Assembly (NCBI RefSeq): GCF_031769215.1
Contig: NW_026782592.1
Location: 496,001-560,000 of the forward strand
From: Ylistrum balloti
Taxonomy: Eukaryota
Direction of reading: 5' to 3'
DNA length: 64,000 bases
In this document: positions 49,122-60,905 of the stretch, piece by piece
Numbering within the stretch: the first letter of the stretch is position 1
Layout of the letters: each line of letters begins with the position of its first letter
Program-made: the position numbers and the translations under genes
Notes under the pieces: generated by a model
What the model was told of the DNA's origin: nothing
The model's database searches: none
Seen by the model: only the letters and a program-made list of their open reading frames with translations

Positions 49122-52100
49122 TCAAATTTGTTATCCTGCCAATATCCTTACTCTGTCGACACTCTGGCTAACTTCCACAACTCTCTAGTTCTGATCACAA
49201 AGATTTGTGTGAATTTGCCAAGACCTTAATGTCAAAGTAATGGACCTGCTGCCAGTGATATAATGCATCTCTCAGTATTAGTGGTAGAACTGTCGAGGTA
49301 TCCTTAATACCAATACACTGGTCATATTGTCATGTGTTAGTCAATAACTGATATTTTAGTCAGAAAATGTTAGACAGAAATTTGTTGATTTTTTATCATT
49401 GATACCACAGTAAGACAGTGTAAAGATAGAAACCATGACAGAGAATCAGGTAGCATGATTACAGGTTGGTGCCAAGTTGTAGGTCAGCAGAAAAGATGTT
49501 TCCTGCCCAGAGACGTATAGGTTTATATTGCCAGTAAATGAATTGAGTTCTTCCAAAATTTGCAGGGAACAATGGCTTTAATTTAAAGAGGACCAGATGT
49601 ACATGTGTGGGACAGAGATTTCTGGATACATTGTCCAGATAGTTGTTAATGTGCGTATATGTAGGATTTAAATTTGCGGACAAATTGTCAAGGTAGTTGT
49701 AACGTGCGAACATGTGGGACTAAGTTCCCGGATAGCTCATACAGATAGTTGTAAAGTGCGAATGGTCATTTTGTACAGATCACAATTTTTAACAGTGTTG
49801 AATTTGTGGATTTTTTTTTTTTTTTTATAAATTAGTTTTGAGTGATTTTTTGCGGTCATGACATATTGTTTTCCTCTGCTGTATAAGAATGGGGAAGGTT
49901 TTGAAAGTGTTTGTTTATAGATTAATTGGTTTGTCACTCACAGCTGAATTTCAAGATTATAACTTTTCTTTTTATAACTGACATTAAGAAAGTCTTAAAC
50001 CATAATATACAGTTAACAAGGTAACTTTGTATGATATCAGTATCTGTGTAATATACTAGTAACATTTCCTCATTTTTGTTCAAATGTTTTAATTTGTTTC
50101 CCCAGTAATACTTGTAGATAGTAATACATCATATGTATTACCAAAATTTATGAATAGTGATTGAATGCAAGAGATGTGAACTATCTTGCCTGTCAAATCA
50201 AGTATAAAAAGTTTTATGACTTTGATATTTCCTATTTATATTAAGCAGATCATTCTCAGGAATATATTAGCCTATTTACAAAATATACAGATACTAGTAC
50301 TTTTTATCCATGTTTGATACACAAACAATTTGTCCTATTTTCATCAAAAAAACAAAAAACAAAATCAAGTGAGCTTTATGAGTTGTGGATTAAGTTTTGT
50401 TCAGATGAAATATTCTTGTACAACAAGTGGACACATGAAGTATAAAATGCTTATGGAGAATTGTATTGAAAATAAATAGACTATTAGTTAAGTTTAAGAT
50501 GGGAATTTTGAACATCAAACAAGTTTTGTACAGGACAGGAGTCAGGCACGCGTTTGATATTAAATATGCTTGTTATCAATTGAACAGATGTCTAGGATAA
50601 ATATTCACTGTACTAAGTTATGTTTGTTTTATAGAATTTCTGAGATGTTTCAAATTCATTACTTATAAGTCATTATAATTCTTTAATCAAAAATATTTGT
50701 GTAGAGCTAGCTATGTTTAAGTTATACATTATACCTCCCAGTACATGTGTGTATCATCTGTTTGTAACTGTTGAGAAACTGTTGTGTTTGTTTTTTCAAT
50801 CAAATTTGATTTAACTTTAGGTGTGAGAATTTTATGACCAAGTAAGAATATTTGTTTTTGCTAACATCTACAGTCGTCTTCTTAACCAAGACGAGGACGT
50901 TAAACCTGGTTTAACTTATAACACATCAGGATAACTAACTGTCTGTCAATCAGGATTAGCTGTCTGTCTATTAGGATATGAAATGAATGTGTCCCTGACA
51001 TGTATGATATTGCCTTTGTCAGGGTTGAATGTGGTATGGGTTTTTTTCGAAGCAACAGAAGGGTTTCAATTGATGTGGGAAACTTGAACACATTTGAAAT
51101 TTGTCATGAATTCCTGAGGATTGAAAAACAACCTAGACCAATTGTATCTGTCATTACTCTGAAAACATAGAGAAATTATATTTGTCATTACTCTGCATTG
51201 TTAGCCATTGCCTTAAAATCACAGGCATAAATTGTGAACTTAATAGACGGCTATGATCAGCGATCTGTAATATTTATTAAAGGAGATATTATCAAGTTTC
51301 ATCGAAGAGTGTATTGCAATTTTAGCCATCAGTATTTACAGAACAGCTGAAAAAAACTTCATTTTTGCTTCTTACCATCATATATAACCAGCACGGCACA
51401 GGAACAAAGTGCTAAAAACTGATCACCTTAGGATTACAGTCCTGTCTGTAGTTTATTCAGTATTGATAATTCAAGCGATATTACCGACACCACTTGTGAC
51501 CAGAATGGTGAGGACAGACTGTAATAGGTATTATATATTCAGCTATACACGACAGGGATTATTGAATATTTGATTTTACTCTGTGTTATATAATAATGTT
51601 TTTTAATGATATAAAATCTAACATATGGGGCGTAGTATCTTAGTTTGTTTTCTTGAAACTATGATGACTAGTTTTCTAGGTGTATAGTTGCTCTACTTTC
51701 TGTATGTCTGTATTTTGATTGTTTCTGATATGAAATTCTTTGTTTTTCTTCTGTATCTTTTATAAAAATCTAGCATTCTTTCTGATTTGGTTGCTGGTGA
51801 TCTCACCAGTGAATGAAAAGTCCAAAGAAAATAGTTTTATTGGTACACCATTTTATGACAAGTAGGGTTGCATACAGTGTTAATTTTTGTCCCTCTTTGT
51901 TATTTCGATTATTTATTTCTAATTTGTTGTACAATGTTATATTATTACAATATTGAACTAACAGCTCTATGTACAGATGGGGGTGCCTGGTAACTTGTTG
52001 CTGATGCTAAATGTCCGATACATTTCTTATCTTTACCAAGTATTCATTAAAACACGTTGAATGGAAAGTCAAATATTTGATACACGATATGATGACACTC

Positions 52101-53536
52101 AGTGTTTTAATCTTGTTTTCAGTTAGATAGGGACTTTCGACACTTTTGAACTACCTCAAGTTTTAGTTCACGATAACACATTTCCAACATTTATTTGAAT
52201 GGCTTACATTTGACCAGTTGATGTTTGAAAATCTTTTTACTGAACTTAAAGGGTTTATGCTCAGATTATTCCGTCAGATATTATGGTGATGTTATAAACC
52301 ATAGCACATCTATCATCTTTGAATTTGAATATGAGTTTACAGTAGATCAACCTAGGAGACTTGCTGAATAATTTCAATGTGTCAAGTGGGCATTGTTTTG
52401 ATATGCTATAAAGAGGGGACTTCATGTTGTAAATGTTTTGAAGTTTGGTCTCCAGATGGTGGAGATGTCAGTATAAGTTTAAATTGGTATATTACATTAT
52501 CAAGTGAAGAAAATTTAAGGAGAAAATGATACATTAAAGGGGGCCTGGTATTACAACAGTCGTGGCAATTCATAGAGCAATACACCTGGCAACCAATTAA
52601 TGGCAATAAAAGTATTTACAGACTTCCTTCCTGTATCCACTTCTGTCTGTCTTTTTATGCATATATCAAATTCTACATGAAACAAAGCTAAAGAGTTAAT
52701 CGGATAGAATTATATCTTTTTTGCTTACAGTGTGGTAGTGTGTTTTGTCTTGCAGTGGGAGAGGGTATTTGTACTGGAATTGGGCTTCATATTATATATC
52801 AATGGATATAGAGAATGTATTTTAACTTTCAGTGACTGATGTGTATGTTTATAGTTTTTACAAATATTAGTTGTCCAACTAATAAAATATCAGCTAGAGA
52901 ATGGATTAAAAAGTCAGCATTCAATCAGGATGTAATACATCATGTGCATGTTACCAAGAGAGGTTAATCATTGATCAGAGGTAAGTGTTTAAGTTTCAAC
53001 ACTAATGAAATTGCTACTTTCACTTTCATTGTGAGGAACAAAGGTTGTTAAATTCAAAATTCCATTCAGATCCTCATTTTCATTCATTTGACCTCATTGA
53101 GTAAAAGAATCTCGCACCCTAGTTTTGATTTTGTGTTTGACTCGTCTTTTCACCATGATATATCAGTATTTGCAGTGAAAGATAAGACATCACGATGGTC
53201 CATGCAGCATATTTAGACAATGGAATTTATACAGGATTAAATTCAGGCAGCATTGAGATTAAAAGAGCTCACATTATGAATGTGTTGCGATTAGTTGTGT
53301 ATGGAATTATGGACCAATATGAAGCTTTAATTTGCAGGGACACCAGGACTCTTCAGGTTGTCATCCTTTTTTGATAACATGTCATAAATATTTATATTCT
53401 GTCCTAACACCTTTAATTAGAATCAACAATCTTTGATGTTGTTTTGTTTTGTTGTTTTAAGGTTTTTCTTTGTAGGTTTCTATGTACTTGAAGTTATGAA
53501 GTATTTTATTCATCTTCAACAATTTTTTCTCCATAA

Positions 53537-53753
53537 TACTGTAAAATTATTCAATTCAATGGAGGATTTATTTTCATGGATTTAGTGGATACTTTTAATC
53601 CATTAATTTATATGTCCAGAAAATGTTTAAATAAGTATTACTTAACTGAGCTATATTTATCCACAAGATCAGGTGTCTCCAAAATATAAGTAATTTTTTG
53701 GGGAAAAAAAACAACAAAAATTTAGCCTCACAGAAATACATGATTTTATAGTA
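53537..53753. mobile_element. Degenerate MITE with TACTGTAAA-type ends
   Basis: Left end tactgtaaaattattcaattcaatggagg vs reverse complement of right end tactataaaatcatgtatttctgtgagg. Confidence 0.5.
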
Positions 53754-55270
53754 AGCTATGATAATTCTGTTGATTGTATAAATGTTCCTGTATTATGAAA
53801 AAAATTATAAGCAACTTCTGTAATTTGATTATTGGAAATTCTTATATTTATTTTGAGTTCCTTCCATTTACAGTTTCATGAAAATTTCGTGCCTAAGTTG
53901 TAAATTTATTCTGAAAAATATACAATGTATTAAATGATTTATAACAGGTTGGTAAATATTAATTGATTGTATTTAGATGAAACAATAAGATATATAAACC
54001 CCTATAGGTAATTACTTAATGGTATATAGAATATGATTTTTATCGACATGTACCTGTAATCAGAAGTGCTCATATCCCTGTCTTGTAACCCACTACTCCT
54101 GTCTCAGTCTTAATATCCTTTATTGTACAGTCCTGGTGCCTTGGTTCTAACCAGGGTTTTTAAGTTTTCTAACTGAGTGTATGTTCAAGTCATACTAATG
54201 TAAACATTTTTAATTTGAAAGATATATATTCTTAGTCACAAATCCTTACAGACATAAAGCCATGCAGGTGTTCTGCAAAGTTATTGAGAAAAAGACAAAC
54301 AGAACAGCTTAGGAAAGGTCAAAACTGGTAAAAAAGGATGTTATCTCCGATCTTCATCTTACCTTGATTAATATCATTTGGATGTAATGCTTTATTTTTC
54401 ATATTTAGTTAGTACTTAGAGATTTTTTGTAAGGAAATCATATTTGTGAAAGGTTTAACAATTTTAGAGTTTGCTATCGCATGGCCTTCAAGCCTGAGCG
54501 AATCTGTCATGAAGCAGCAGTCGTCTTCTGTCGAATAATACAGAGGTATAGATCAAACTACACCCAACAGAAATGTGCCAACAATTCAAACCTAGTTTTG
54601 AAACATATAATTATTTTTCTAATATGGAAAATGTATCTAAAGAGCGAAATTGGTCCTACAGATTTGTGTTTCCTTAAAGGAGTTTAGTGATTATAACAAT
54701 ATTTCATATACACTTTCATTACTTTCAGTTTGTGGTCAACTTCAAGAGTTTAAGGAAGCAAGTAATATGAACAAGGGACCTGGACTTAAGGCTTGAGATT
54801 TAACACTCTGCTGCAGAATATTATTTCAGCACACCGTTTTAAAGCTTACTCAAATTCTGTTTAATTTGAATTTTTTCTAGGAATCTTACACATTGATCTT
54901 CTGTTTGACCTGCAAAGGAATTGTTTAACAGACGTATTGATAAATTATAAGCCGGTTCGGTGCCACAGCCAAGTGTTAAGTCTCAGATTGTAATATTGTT
55001 ATGTATAGTGTATAACAGTTTAATATCGTTATGGAGCGAGTTGTAAGTAGTGAGTATCCAGAGAATAATGGTTTTTTTTTTTTTTTTTTTTCATAAATAA
55101 TTCTAGAAATTGTATATTTCTATATCATGTGTTTTAGACCAGTAAAATGGTTGAAATGTAAAAATGTTTTGTTGTATTTCTATGACTGATATATCACCGT
55201 AGTCCAATCAGAGTGATCAATCACTTTAAACTTTACCTGGAATAGTGAAGTTGGATGATTACATGTTTTA

Positions 55271-56125
55271 TTTTTAGGTCTCATGGTAACCTATTGTAAT
55301 CGCCTTTTGCCTTACATTGTGCGTCGATAAACTTTTAACATTTTTGACTTCTTCTCAAAAACCACTGAATCAATTTTAAAAAAAAATTGCTGGAACTTTC
55401 CCTAGCCAAAGATGAACTAAACTTGTGAATTATATGGTCCCAAACAGTCAAATTGACTGGAATTTCACAAATTCATTCCTCAATATCAAAATATGGTAGA
55501 ATCAAATGCTCATCAGGATGGAAGGGACTTTACCAAAATGGTAAATTTCACTGCCCCAAGGTCTCGCATTTCCCTATGGGGTGGGGGTTTACAATAGTTT
55601 ATATAGGAAAAGTACATTTTTTAGCATAATTTATTTAATCTCCATTGAAAATATTTTAAACTTGGTTAGAATTATAAGGAAAGGATGACAACTTGATGGT
55701 ATGCAGATGTTTACCCTGGTTAACCCAGGTGGGGCAAAAAAGGGTCAAATAGATTAAAAATTCAAAAATCTTTTCAACACATATGGAAGAATCAAGTGCT
55801 CTGCGTGGTTGGAAGGGTTTTTACCAAAATTGTGAATTTTATGACTCCATGTTCTCAAATTTACCTCTGGGGAGGGAATAGAATCTACTACAGTTTTACA
55901 GCAAATATTATCCATTGGAAATAACTGCGTAAGAATTATTTGACTGTTTTGATGGTGTACATAATCATATTTACATTGCCTGATCCCCACGCGCCTAAAA
56001 CATTATATCGGTCTTACTATTGCCAATATCATTTTTTCATGACACTTAAAAACTGCTTACCCTTTAACCTTTACATTCAGTGTTGCTTACCTCAGGTAAT
56101 CGTCGAGAACGCCAGGCCTCTTATT
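55271..56125 (+). mobile_element. Larger Helentron/HINE-like element with degenerate internal repeats
   Basis: TTTTTAGGTC start, shared cgccttttg..cttcttctcaa block with the 47.6-kb copy, two ggaaggg..tttaccaaaat.gt.aattt repeats, and an AGGCCTCTTATT end. Confidence 0.55.
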
Positions 56126-57049
56126 GAACCTGAGGAGGCAAGCAGGGGAAAACATTTTTTGTCTTAAATGTCATCAGAGTCATAAGTGAGATGATTGATA
56201 ACGATACGGTCATTCTGTGTGTCAAAGCCACATATATATATTGTTAATCAAGAACATTCCTTGTTTGACAACATGATTGATATTACGATGTACGTAACTA
56301 GTTATTGATAGTGAAACTTGTGATATGATCAACCACGATTAGAAAAAAATGAAGTTGGAGAGGAGATGGCGTCCGGGGGGAAATTGGATTCTGAACAGAC
56401 CCAGAGTCCGCTTTATAGCATCCATATTTTGATGTACTGACATTACTACAGATACATACAGTAAACACGAGTTTACCGACATCACGGGGGCTTCAATGAA
56501 ATGTCCGATGTGACAGGGTGTTGGTAAAGACGTCCCTAAGCCTACTGACTGAAATCAGAGAAATATGTGCAGTACATGTGTATTTCTGTGTAAATAAACA
56601 AGTGCTTTTCAATGACAAATATTTATTTTTAATAAAGATGGGTACATATAAGTACAACAGAAGTAATTATTTCTTACTGGGGTAATCCAGCTAACACGTG
56701 ACGAATTTCGGCATCCACCATCACTATCCAATCCTTATTGTATGTGATATTTCTAATTCCAAAACTGAACTGGACTAAATTGGCCACTCGTCTAATGCTG
56801 ATGTCGTATTTTTTTTTTACATTAATTTTCAAAAATAAAATTACCGCTTCCTATTTTAAGTGTTGTAAAGACGAATTTCAAATGGTCAACATGTTTCATC
56901 ATGTACAGAATGGAGAGTAACGCTGTTGTGTGTAGCTCCAATGATGATGATCATCTGAAAAGTGAAAACGAGGCTTAAAGCTGCCACTCTTTGTAAACAA
57001 GCAAGGAATATTTAGATTAATTTTGGGAGACGAAAAAAAACATCAACAC

Positions 57050-57870
57050 GTCAGCATAATCATCATCCAAAGTCAAATTCAATAAAACTTGGACAAAATA
57101 TGAACAAAAGAAAGATTTGTACGGGGGCGTCTGTTCCGGAAGAGTAGGCGTTCTCTGCTTCATCGACGACAACCGCCATGTGAATTTCTTCTTTCTATCT
57201 GCAATACATATATATTTGAGAGTTCTGAGTTTTTATCACACTTTGGGTCTCGAGAATATCGTAATAATCGGAAACGATAAAAATAGATCGCGCTGCAAAA
57301 CAAGTTCCTCACGGACGAAAGATGACAATCTATAGTCAGTAGATATCTTATTCCAGTTTAAAACCACGGGTCAATACACTCATACTAATCTGAGAGCATG
57401 GACAAACCTGTGTTGAAATTTCCCACACGGATTTATATTTGAAGGAATATATGCAGCATCACTCTACTGAAGAAACATGATTCAATTGGTTGAACGTAGA
57501 TTTATTTAAACGAATTGCTCATACCATTCTCCTTAATGAATAATCGATTGGCCAGAATTCATCCAATGAAAATTTCAGGATCTCTAAAGTCGTGTTCTGG
57601 CGTTTGCCAGGGACGTAAAATACCGTGTTATAAAAGTTTTTATGTTTCCGCTATTCGCGGGAGAGATTTTGAACACTTTCCAAAGTGTTTTATTATTGAT
57701 ACATGTCCTTGTATTTGATTTTCAAATTTTATATCAAGGACCATGTGTAAAATATAGTTGTCTTCGAGTGTTCGTTTCCGGGAGCGTTGTCCCGGTTGGT
57801 TCCTTATGTAAATATCGACGAGTATCTGATAAGGCATATATACCATAAACGACTGATCAATGAATGCTCT
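57050..57870 (-). mobile_element. Penelope-like retroelement relic (two recognisable patches: 57050-57185 and about 57790-57870)
   Basis: Same 3' flank as 935-1110. The minus strand gives YGIY followed, after a frameshift, by LIRYSS (consensus YGVYISQLIRYSR). Confidence 0.55.
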
Positions 57871-57893
57871 ACCCGGATGTCTGTAGAACAGGA

Positions 57894-57998
57894 CACAGGA
57901 ACTTGACGAGAATTCCCGACCCAAGGACAATATATATGTATTACTATATAACACATATATCTGGTCCGTGGGTCGGGAACTCGTGCCAAGTCCCTGTG
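57894..57998. mobile_element. Fold-back (MITE-like) imperfect palindrome
   Basis: Arm 57894-57928 (cacaggaacttgacgagaattcccgacccaaggac) is the near reverse complement of 57964-57998. There is also an inner ATATATGT/ACATATAT stem. Confidence 0.7.
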
Positions 57999-58021
57999 AT
58001 ACAGGACGCGATCATACTGAC

Positions 58022-58056
58022 TATATAATATGCCACTCTTTGTGTGTGCTCACACA
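58022..58056 (+). promoter_or_regulatory. Candidate TATA box (TATATAA, 58022-58028) and initiator near 58052 for the yellow-like gene
   Basis: TATATAA lies 30 nt before a ctcAcac initiator-like motif, which lies 50 nt before the ATG. Motif inference only. Confidence 0.5.
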
Positions 58057-58101
58057 CATCGTTTTGCCGACGTAACTTATTACGCTTCCTGATATTCTGC
58101 C

Positions 58102-59322
58102 ATGACGGCTGTTTGCAGCATTCTCCTGTTCCTGCTGTCGTCGACTGTTTACACTCAAGGCGTATCTTCAGGACAATCACAGATTATCTACCGCTGGAAA
58201 TCACTGGATTACTCGTGGCCAAATGAAACCACGAAACAAAACAGCATAACAAGTAAGAGATTCATAGTCGAAAATAATATCATTTCTGGAATTAAAGTCT
58301 TGGATGAAAACGTTTTCGTGACTGTGCCCAGATGGAAACCAGGCGTTCCATCAACATTGAACAAGGTAGTTACCAACCCGGCGAATCTGGAAGAGAATAT
58401 CTTGGAACCATATCCTGATTGGGAAATGCAGACTTTGGGTGAGTGTGGTGCCTTCCAGTATGTCCAGAGCATGGAAATTGATCCTAATACTGGCTATATG
58501 TGGATAATAGATGTTGGGCGTGTGAATACTCTAACGAACAAGTCACAAAACCTTTGTCCACCGAAGCTGGTCATCTACGACATACGTAATGAAAGACTTG
58601 TTCACGTGCACGAGTTCCCCGATAGTGTTGCGTCATGGACGTCTAATTTTCTGAATGATATTGTTCTAGATTACGTTAACGGTGTCGCATCGTTTGCATA
58701 TATAACAGATTCTTCTGACTCCAAATTAATTGTGTACGATCATAAGAGGAACACGTCTTATTTCTTCACGCATCCGTCAATGGAGATAGAATCAGGCGCG
58801 GACACGATTGTAGTTGGCGACAATAATTTAACAACGAAAGTCCACATCAATGGGATAGCCATGAATTTCGACTTCCGCTTTGTCTACTACTGCGCTTTGA
58901 ATGCCTTCTCATTGTACAGAGTTCCCACCTATGTACTCAGGAATGAATCAGCAGTGTTCATTGTTGAAATGCTTGGCCGAAAAAATGACGTCACTGGTGG
59001 AATGGTGGCAACTGATAAGGCCCTGTATTACGGCGGACTGACTACGAATGCCGTGGATAAGTGGCCATTTACCGAAGCAGGTAATGAAGTAACGGTTATC
59101 TCCAATGAGTCTAGCCTCCGCTGGGTCGATTCCCTGGCCATGGACACGCAACAGTCTCTCTGGCTTGTTGCTAATAGTCTAGATTTATTTCTAGCAGGAA
59201 GAATGAATTTTACAAACACTAATATGTACATTTGGAAATTACCCATTGGAGAAAACGGATATTTGGCATCTGCAAAATCCCGAACAGACACTGCCCTGAA
59301 TGGAGATATGATGATTGGTTAG
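58102..59322 (+). CDS. Yellow/major royal jelly protein (MRJP) family secreted protein, single coding exon, 406 aa
   Basis: Uninterrupted ORF with an N-terminal hydrophobic signal-like segment (MTAVCSILLFLLSSTVYTQG). Family motifs occur in order: WKSLDYSWP, FVTVPRWKPGVPSTL, PYPDW, EIDPNTGYMWIIDVG, CPPKLVIYD, FAYITD, NGIA, WVDSL. Several N-x-S/T sequons. GCC-ATG start context. Confidence 0.95.
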   Translation: MTAVCSILLFLLSSTVYTQGVSSGQSQIIYRWKSLDYSWPNETTKQNSITSKRFIVENNIISGIKVLDENVFVTVPRWKPGVPSTLNKVVTNPANLEENILEPYPDWEMQTLGECGAFQYVQSMEIDPNTGYMWIIDVGRVNTLTNKSQNLCPPKLVIYDIRNERLVHVHEFPDSVASWTSNFLNDIVLDYVNGVASFAYITDSSDSKLIVYDHKRNTSYFFTHPSMEIESGADTIVVGDNNLTTKVHINGIAMNFDFRFVYYCALNAFSLYRVPTYVLRNESAVFIVEMLGRKNDVTGGMVATDKALYYGGLTTNAVDKWPFTEAGNEVTVISNESSLRWVDSLAMDTQQSLWLVANSLDLFLAGRMNFTNTNMYIWKLPIGENGYLASAKSRTDTALNGDMMIG

Positions 59323-59520
59323 GCTGGGATATATATAAGGCTATTTGCTGTTAGTTTATTTGGTGTCCATTTCAAAATGTTTTCATTACAAAGTGATTCA
59401 GATGTCTTTTAAATCAGTCTTTTTTTCACGTCTTAATTCATTCAAATAGTGGCACGGTTCAGAATACATCGTCAACTTGACGTTTTTTGTTCTGTGGTTT
59501 TTTGTTGTTTATTATATTGT

Positions 59521-59526
59521 AATAAA
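59521..59526 (+). terminator. Candidate polyadenylation signal (AATAAA) of the yellow-like gene
   Basis: First AATAAA about 200 nt after the stop codon, preceded by a U-rich tract. Confidence 0.5.
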
Positions 59527-60552
59527 ACATTATTCCACAGCACTGATAGCGTTCTAACACACCGTCTAGCCGGTTTGCTAATTAACAGGTATTGTGACAG
59601 TGAATCCTTGTAGTAATGTGCCAAGTGTGAATTGTATTCGCGTTATCACGAACGGGATCCAAACTGCTGCCAAATCGGTGTCATCAGCGATGTAATGCTT
59701 ACTATTTCTATAACAATGAACAGTATGTACTCAGAATGCAAAATTAAAAACTGCAAATTTATAATTGTGTGGAACAATAATGTTTTTATTCAACATTTTT
59801 TGCTAAATCATCTTTATTCGTAAAAAAAAACTTGTTCACAAGAATACACTATAAGAGAGGAAAATCAACATATGAAAGTATATTACAGTGGTGGGTTTGT
59901 GTGTGTGTGTGTTTTTTTTAAGCGGGGGTACTCTAATTTAATAACAATCTCCCTGCCCCTCTAACCGCATTGTGTTAGTGTTGAGGTACAGAGAAGTGGT
60001 ACGTACTAACGTAAAGCAGAATAATAGAAAGAATTATTGCAAACGGTACCTTGCGATATCTGAAGATAAATAAAAGATCTATAGACCACTATGTTTTTCT
60101 TAAATGAAGACATCATATCATTTAGAAATGAAGAGTCATCATACGTGTTAACAATACAAATTTATACACCACAATGGCTGAAAATACTCTCCGGTATCTG
60201 AATAACAGAATTACATCATTGTCTGAAAAAAGATAACAAAGGACACTCACCATGAAGGAAGGAATGATGAAGAATATATATGTCTTTTTTAGTGGGTGGG
60301 GCGGGGGGGTTACAAACGTAGGCTGTGATTAAAACTCGTATATCAGCATTTGAAAATGTATTTATATGAAATATATTTATATAGTAAATATTTAGTATAG
60401 AGTACCTGTTGATCGAAGACAAAAAAACAGCTAAACTTTTAATGATCGAACTCAACCATAACATAATGAATAAGAAATTAAACACTATCAAAGGTTTTTT
60501 TTAACAATGGAGAGAATGTGAATTAACAATAAATTAATACATACTGCAGATA

Positions 60553-60829
60553 CAGAGGAAGAAATCTCAAAAGGTCATTAAAAACCTCAAATCTAGACCA
60601 GAGGAAGAAATCTCAAAAGGTCATTAAAAACCTCAAATCTAGACCACAGGAAGAGATCTCAAAAGGTCATTAAAAACCTCAAATCTAGACCAGAGGAAGA
60701 AATCTCAAAAGGTCATTAAAAACCTTAAATCTAGACCACAGGAAGAGATCTCAAAAGGTCATTAAAAATCTAAAACCTAAACCAGAGGAAGAAATCTCAA
60801 AAGGCGTTGATAAATCTAAAACCTAAACC
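60553..60829. repeat. 46-bp minisatellite, about 6 copies
   Basis: Unit cagaggaagaaatctcaaaaggtcattaaaaacctcaaatctagac recurs at 60553, 60599, 60645, 60691, 60737 and 60783. Confidence 0.95.
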
Positions 60830-60854
60830 AAGTTATAGAAAAACTATACCACCG

Positions 60855-60905
60855 AGTGCCCCGACCAGGAATCGATCTTGGGTCTCCGGAATGATAACCC
60901 ATTTT
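60855..60905 (-). mobile_element. tRNA-derived fragment (3' half with B-box-like GATCGATTCC)
   Basis: Reverse complement ccggagacccaagatcgattcctggtcggggca. The 5' half is not recognisable. Confidence 0.4.

Noticed and set aside
56366-56440. Short ORF MASGGKLDSEQTQSPLYSIHILMY* with a good start context
   Set aside because: Only 24 codons, with no convincing donor or downstream exons.
60293-60309. G-rich run GGGTGGGGCGGGGGGG with G-quadruplex potential
   Set aside because: Isolated intergenic run with no associated feature.
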